From Gekko japonicus (lineage: Eukaryota), in assembly GCF_001447785.1 (NCBI RefSeq), contig NW_015170905.1:866436-930435 (forward strand): a stretch of DNA of 64,000 nucleotides. The letters are read 5' to 3'. A model generated the notes under the pieces. It saw nothing but the letters and a program-made list of their open reading frames with translations. It did not search any database and was not told the DNA's origin. The number at the start of each line of letters is the position of its first letter. Within the stretch, counting starts at the first letter, position 1. Made by a program: the position numbers and the translations under genes. Below, piece by piece: positions 62,575-64,000 of the stretch.

Positions 62575-63245
62575 AGAGCCACCTTATGATGTAGTGGTTA
62601 GAGCTTCAGAGAAGGGTCTGGGAGATACAGGTTCAAATTCCCATCTTCCTGTAGAAGCTCACTGGGTGATTTTAGGTTAGTCACATGCTTTCAGGTTAAC
62701 CTACCTCATGAAGTTGTTGTGAGGAACAACACCCCAGGTTTGCAGAGAGATCTGGAATCTAAATAAAAAATACATTGGGGGATTAAAAAAATGATAAAAG
62801 GAGCACATGTAGTTTAGTGGCAGTTGCTAGGCAACCACAGCATTCCAAAGCTTGGTTTCTGTATGTAAAAGACAGGGGGTGGGGGCATTGCCCTTTCTAG
62901 GGCTGTTTGGCCTTTGAGGAAAGACTTATTGGGGCCAGGCCTGACCACAATCACTGGGTGACTTGATACCACTTGACTTGCATGGCTCACCTAGGCTTGG
63001 CTGCTTGCTACTGTTCAACAGTGGCCACCCAATGCGATGTTGCAGTTAGAGCTTCAGAGCAGGGTCTAGAAGACTCAGGTTCAAATCCCCATCTTGTTGT
63101 GGAAGCTCACTGAGTGATTTGGAGCCAGTCACATACTTTCATCCTAACCTACCTCACAGGGTTGCAAGGAGAAAAAAGGAGGAAAGGAGAATAATGTAAG
63201 CTGCTTTGTTCCACTGAGGAGAAAGGTGGGGTATAAATGAAGTAT
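62575..63245 (+). mobile_element. Two diverged CORE-SINE copies within a composite repeat
   Basis: A/B-box heads (gtagtggttagagc...ggttcaaat) and CORE taacctacctca, both preceded by ctgcttgctactgttcaacag. Confidence 0.7.
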
Positions 63246-64000
63246 ATAAGTAATAAAGATAGCTGAAGATGGGAGGCAGATAATGATTGAGAAGGTCAGA
63301 ATGAGGCAGGGAAAGGGGAGATGACATAGGGGTTGTCAGGACGGGGAAAGAGGAAATAGTGTGGGGACACGAATACAGGGAAAAATAAGGTGCCTCCTGC
63401 CAAGGGACCCACTGGCATGGTCACGGCTCCTGTGGCTAGTAGAGCCAGGTATTAGGCCTGGTCCCTGGTCTGTGGCTTCCCTTTAGGGAACGAAACAACT
63501 GCGCTGTGGTCATGCCACCTCAACAGCCCTCAGGGACATGCTGCCCATCTCTATATCCTTCAGCTTTCATCCTTGATATAAATTGCTGTGATGTGTTTCA
63601 TTATACCCTCCCTTTGTAATTTTTTTTTTTTTAAAAAAAATTGCAGTGTGTATTCTGACAGTATTGTGGTCATTTTAAAAACTGGCACTGTTATATTTTC
63701 TTAACCTTCTACCTGGTGTCTTTGGAGCTGTCCCGGTGCTTTAATTCCATAAGGATTTAAATAGTTGGTTTTTATTTTCCCCATGATCAATGCATCTCCA
63801 TTCCCTTTGCTGTGCTATGCTATAATTTGAAATCCCTTTGACCCCCGCCCCGCATAGCTTAGCAAAATATGTATTTTTGTTTGGACAAGGGACCCACGCA
63901 TACTGTAAATGTGACCTTTTAAGAATATAAACAATGAGTTAGTTGCTAGAAAGTCGGAGAAAAGAAGCAAAAAACTCAGAGTTTGGCCAGTCAGAGAAAA

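Overview
Eukaryotic (vertebrate) DNA from a squamate reptile, most likely a gecko, judged from Sauria/Squam1 SINEs, Squam3-type CORE SINEs and many TAGGG-ended MITEs. The window is repeat-dense and probably mostly intronic or intergenic. Most ORF-track ORFs are spurious or are transposon fragments. The centre (about 15.4-36.5 kb) is a nested transposon stack: CR1, then a decayed DIRS1-like element, then a Ty1/Copia element split by a full-length antisense L1. That L1 carries three non-autonomous poly(A) retroelements, two of them at the identical target site, and two sharing a 3' cUNCGg hairpin. It also carries a ~920-bp near-perfect direct duplication that brackets a young DIRS fragment with an uninterrupted tyrosine-recombinase frame. 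Elsewhere there are three unrelated Penelope-derived head-to-head palindromes with hammerhead-ribozyme cores, many hAT-type MITEs with 8-bp TSDs, chromoviral Gypsy, RTE-X, L2, CR1 and L1 relics, and Helitron-like composites. Several minus-strand exon candidates of an unidentified host gene are present (including 12-nt and 30-nt exons), plus a CpG-rich perfect hairpin made of two RFX X-box motifs. There is an assembly gap at 60419-60767. No rRNA, functional tRNA, CRISPR array or identifiable host gene was found.
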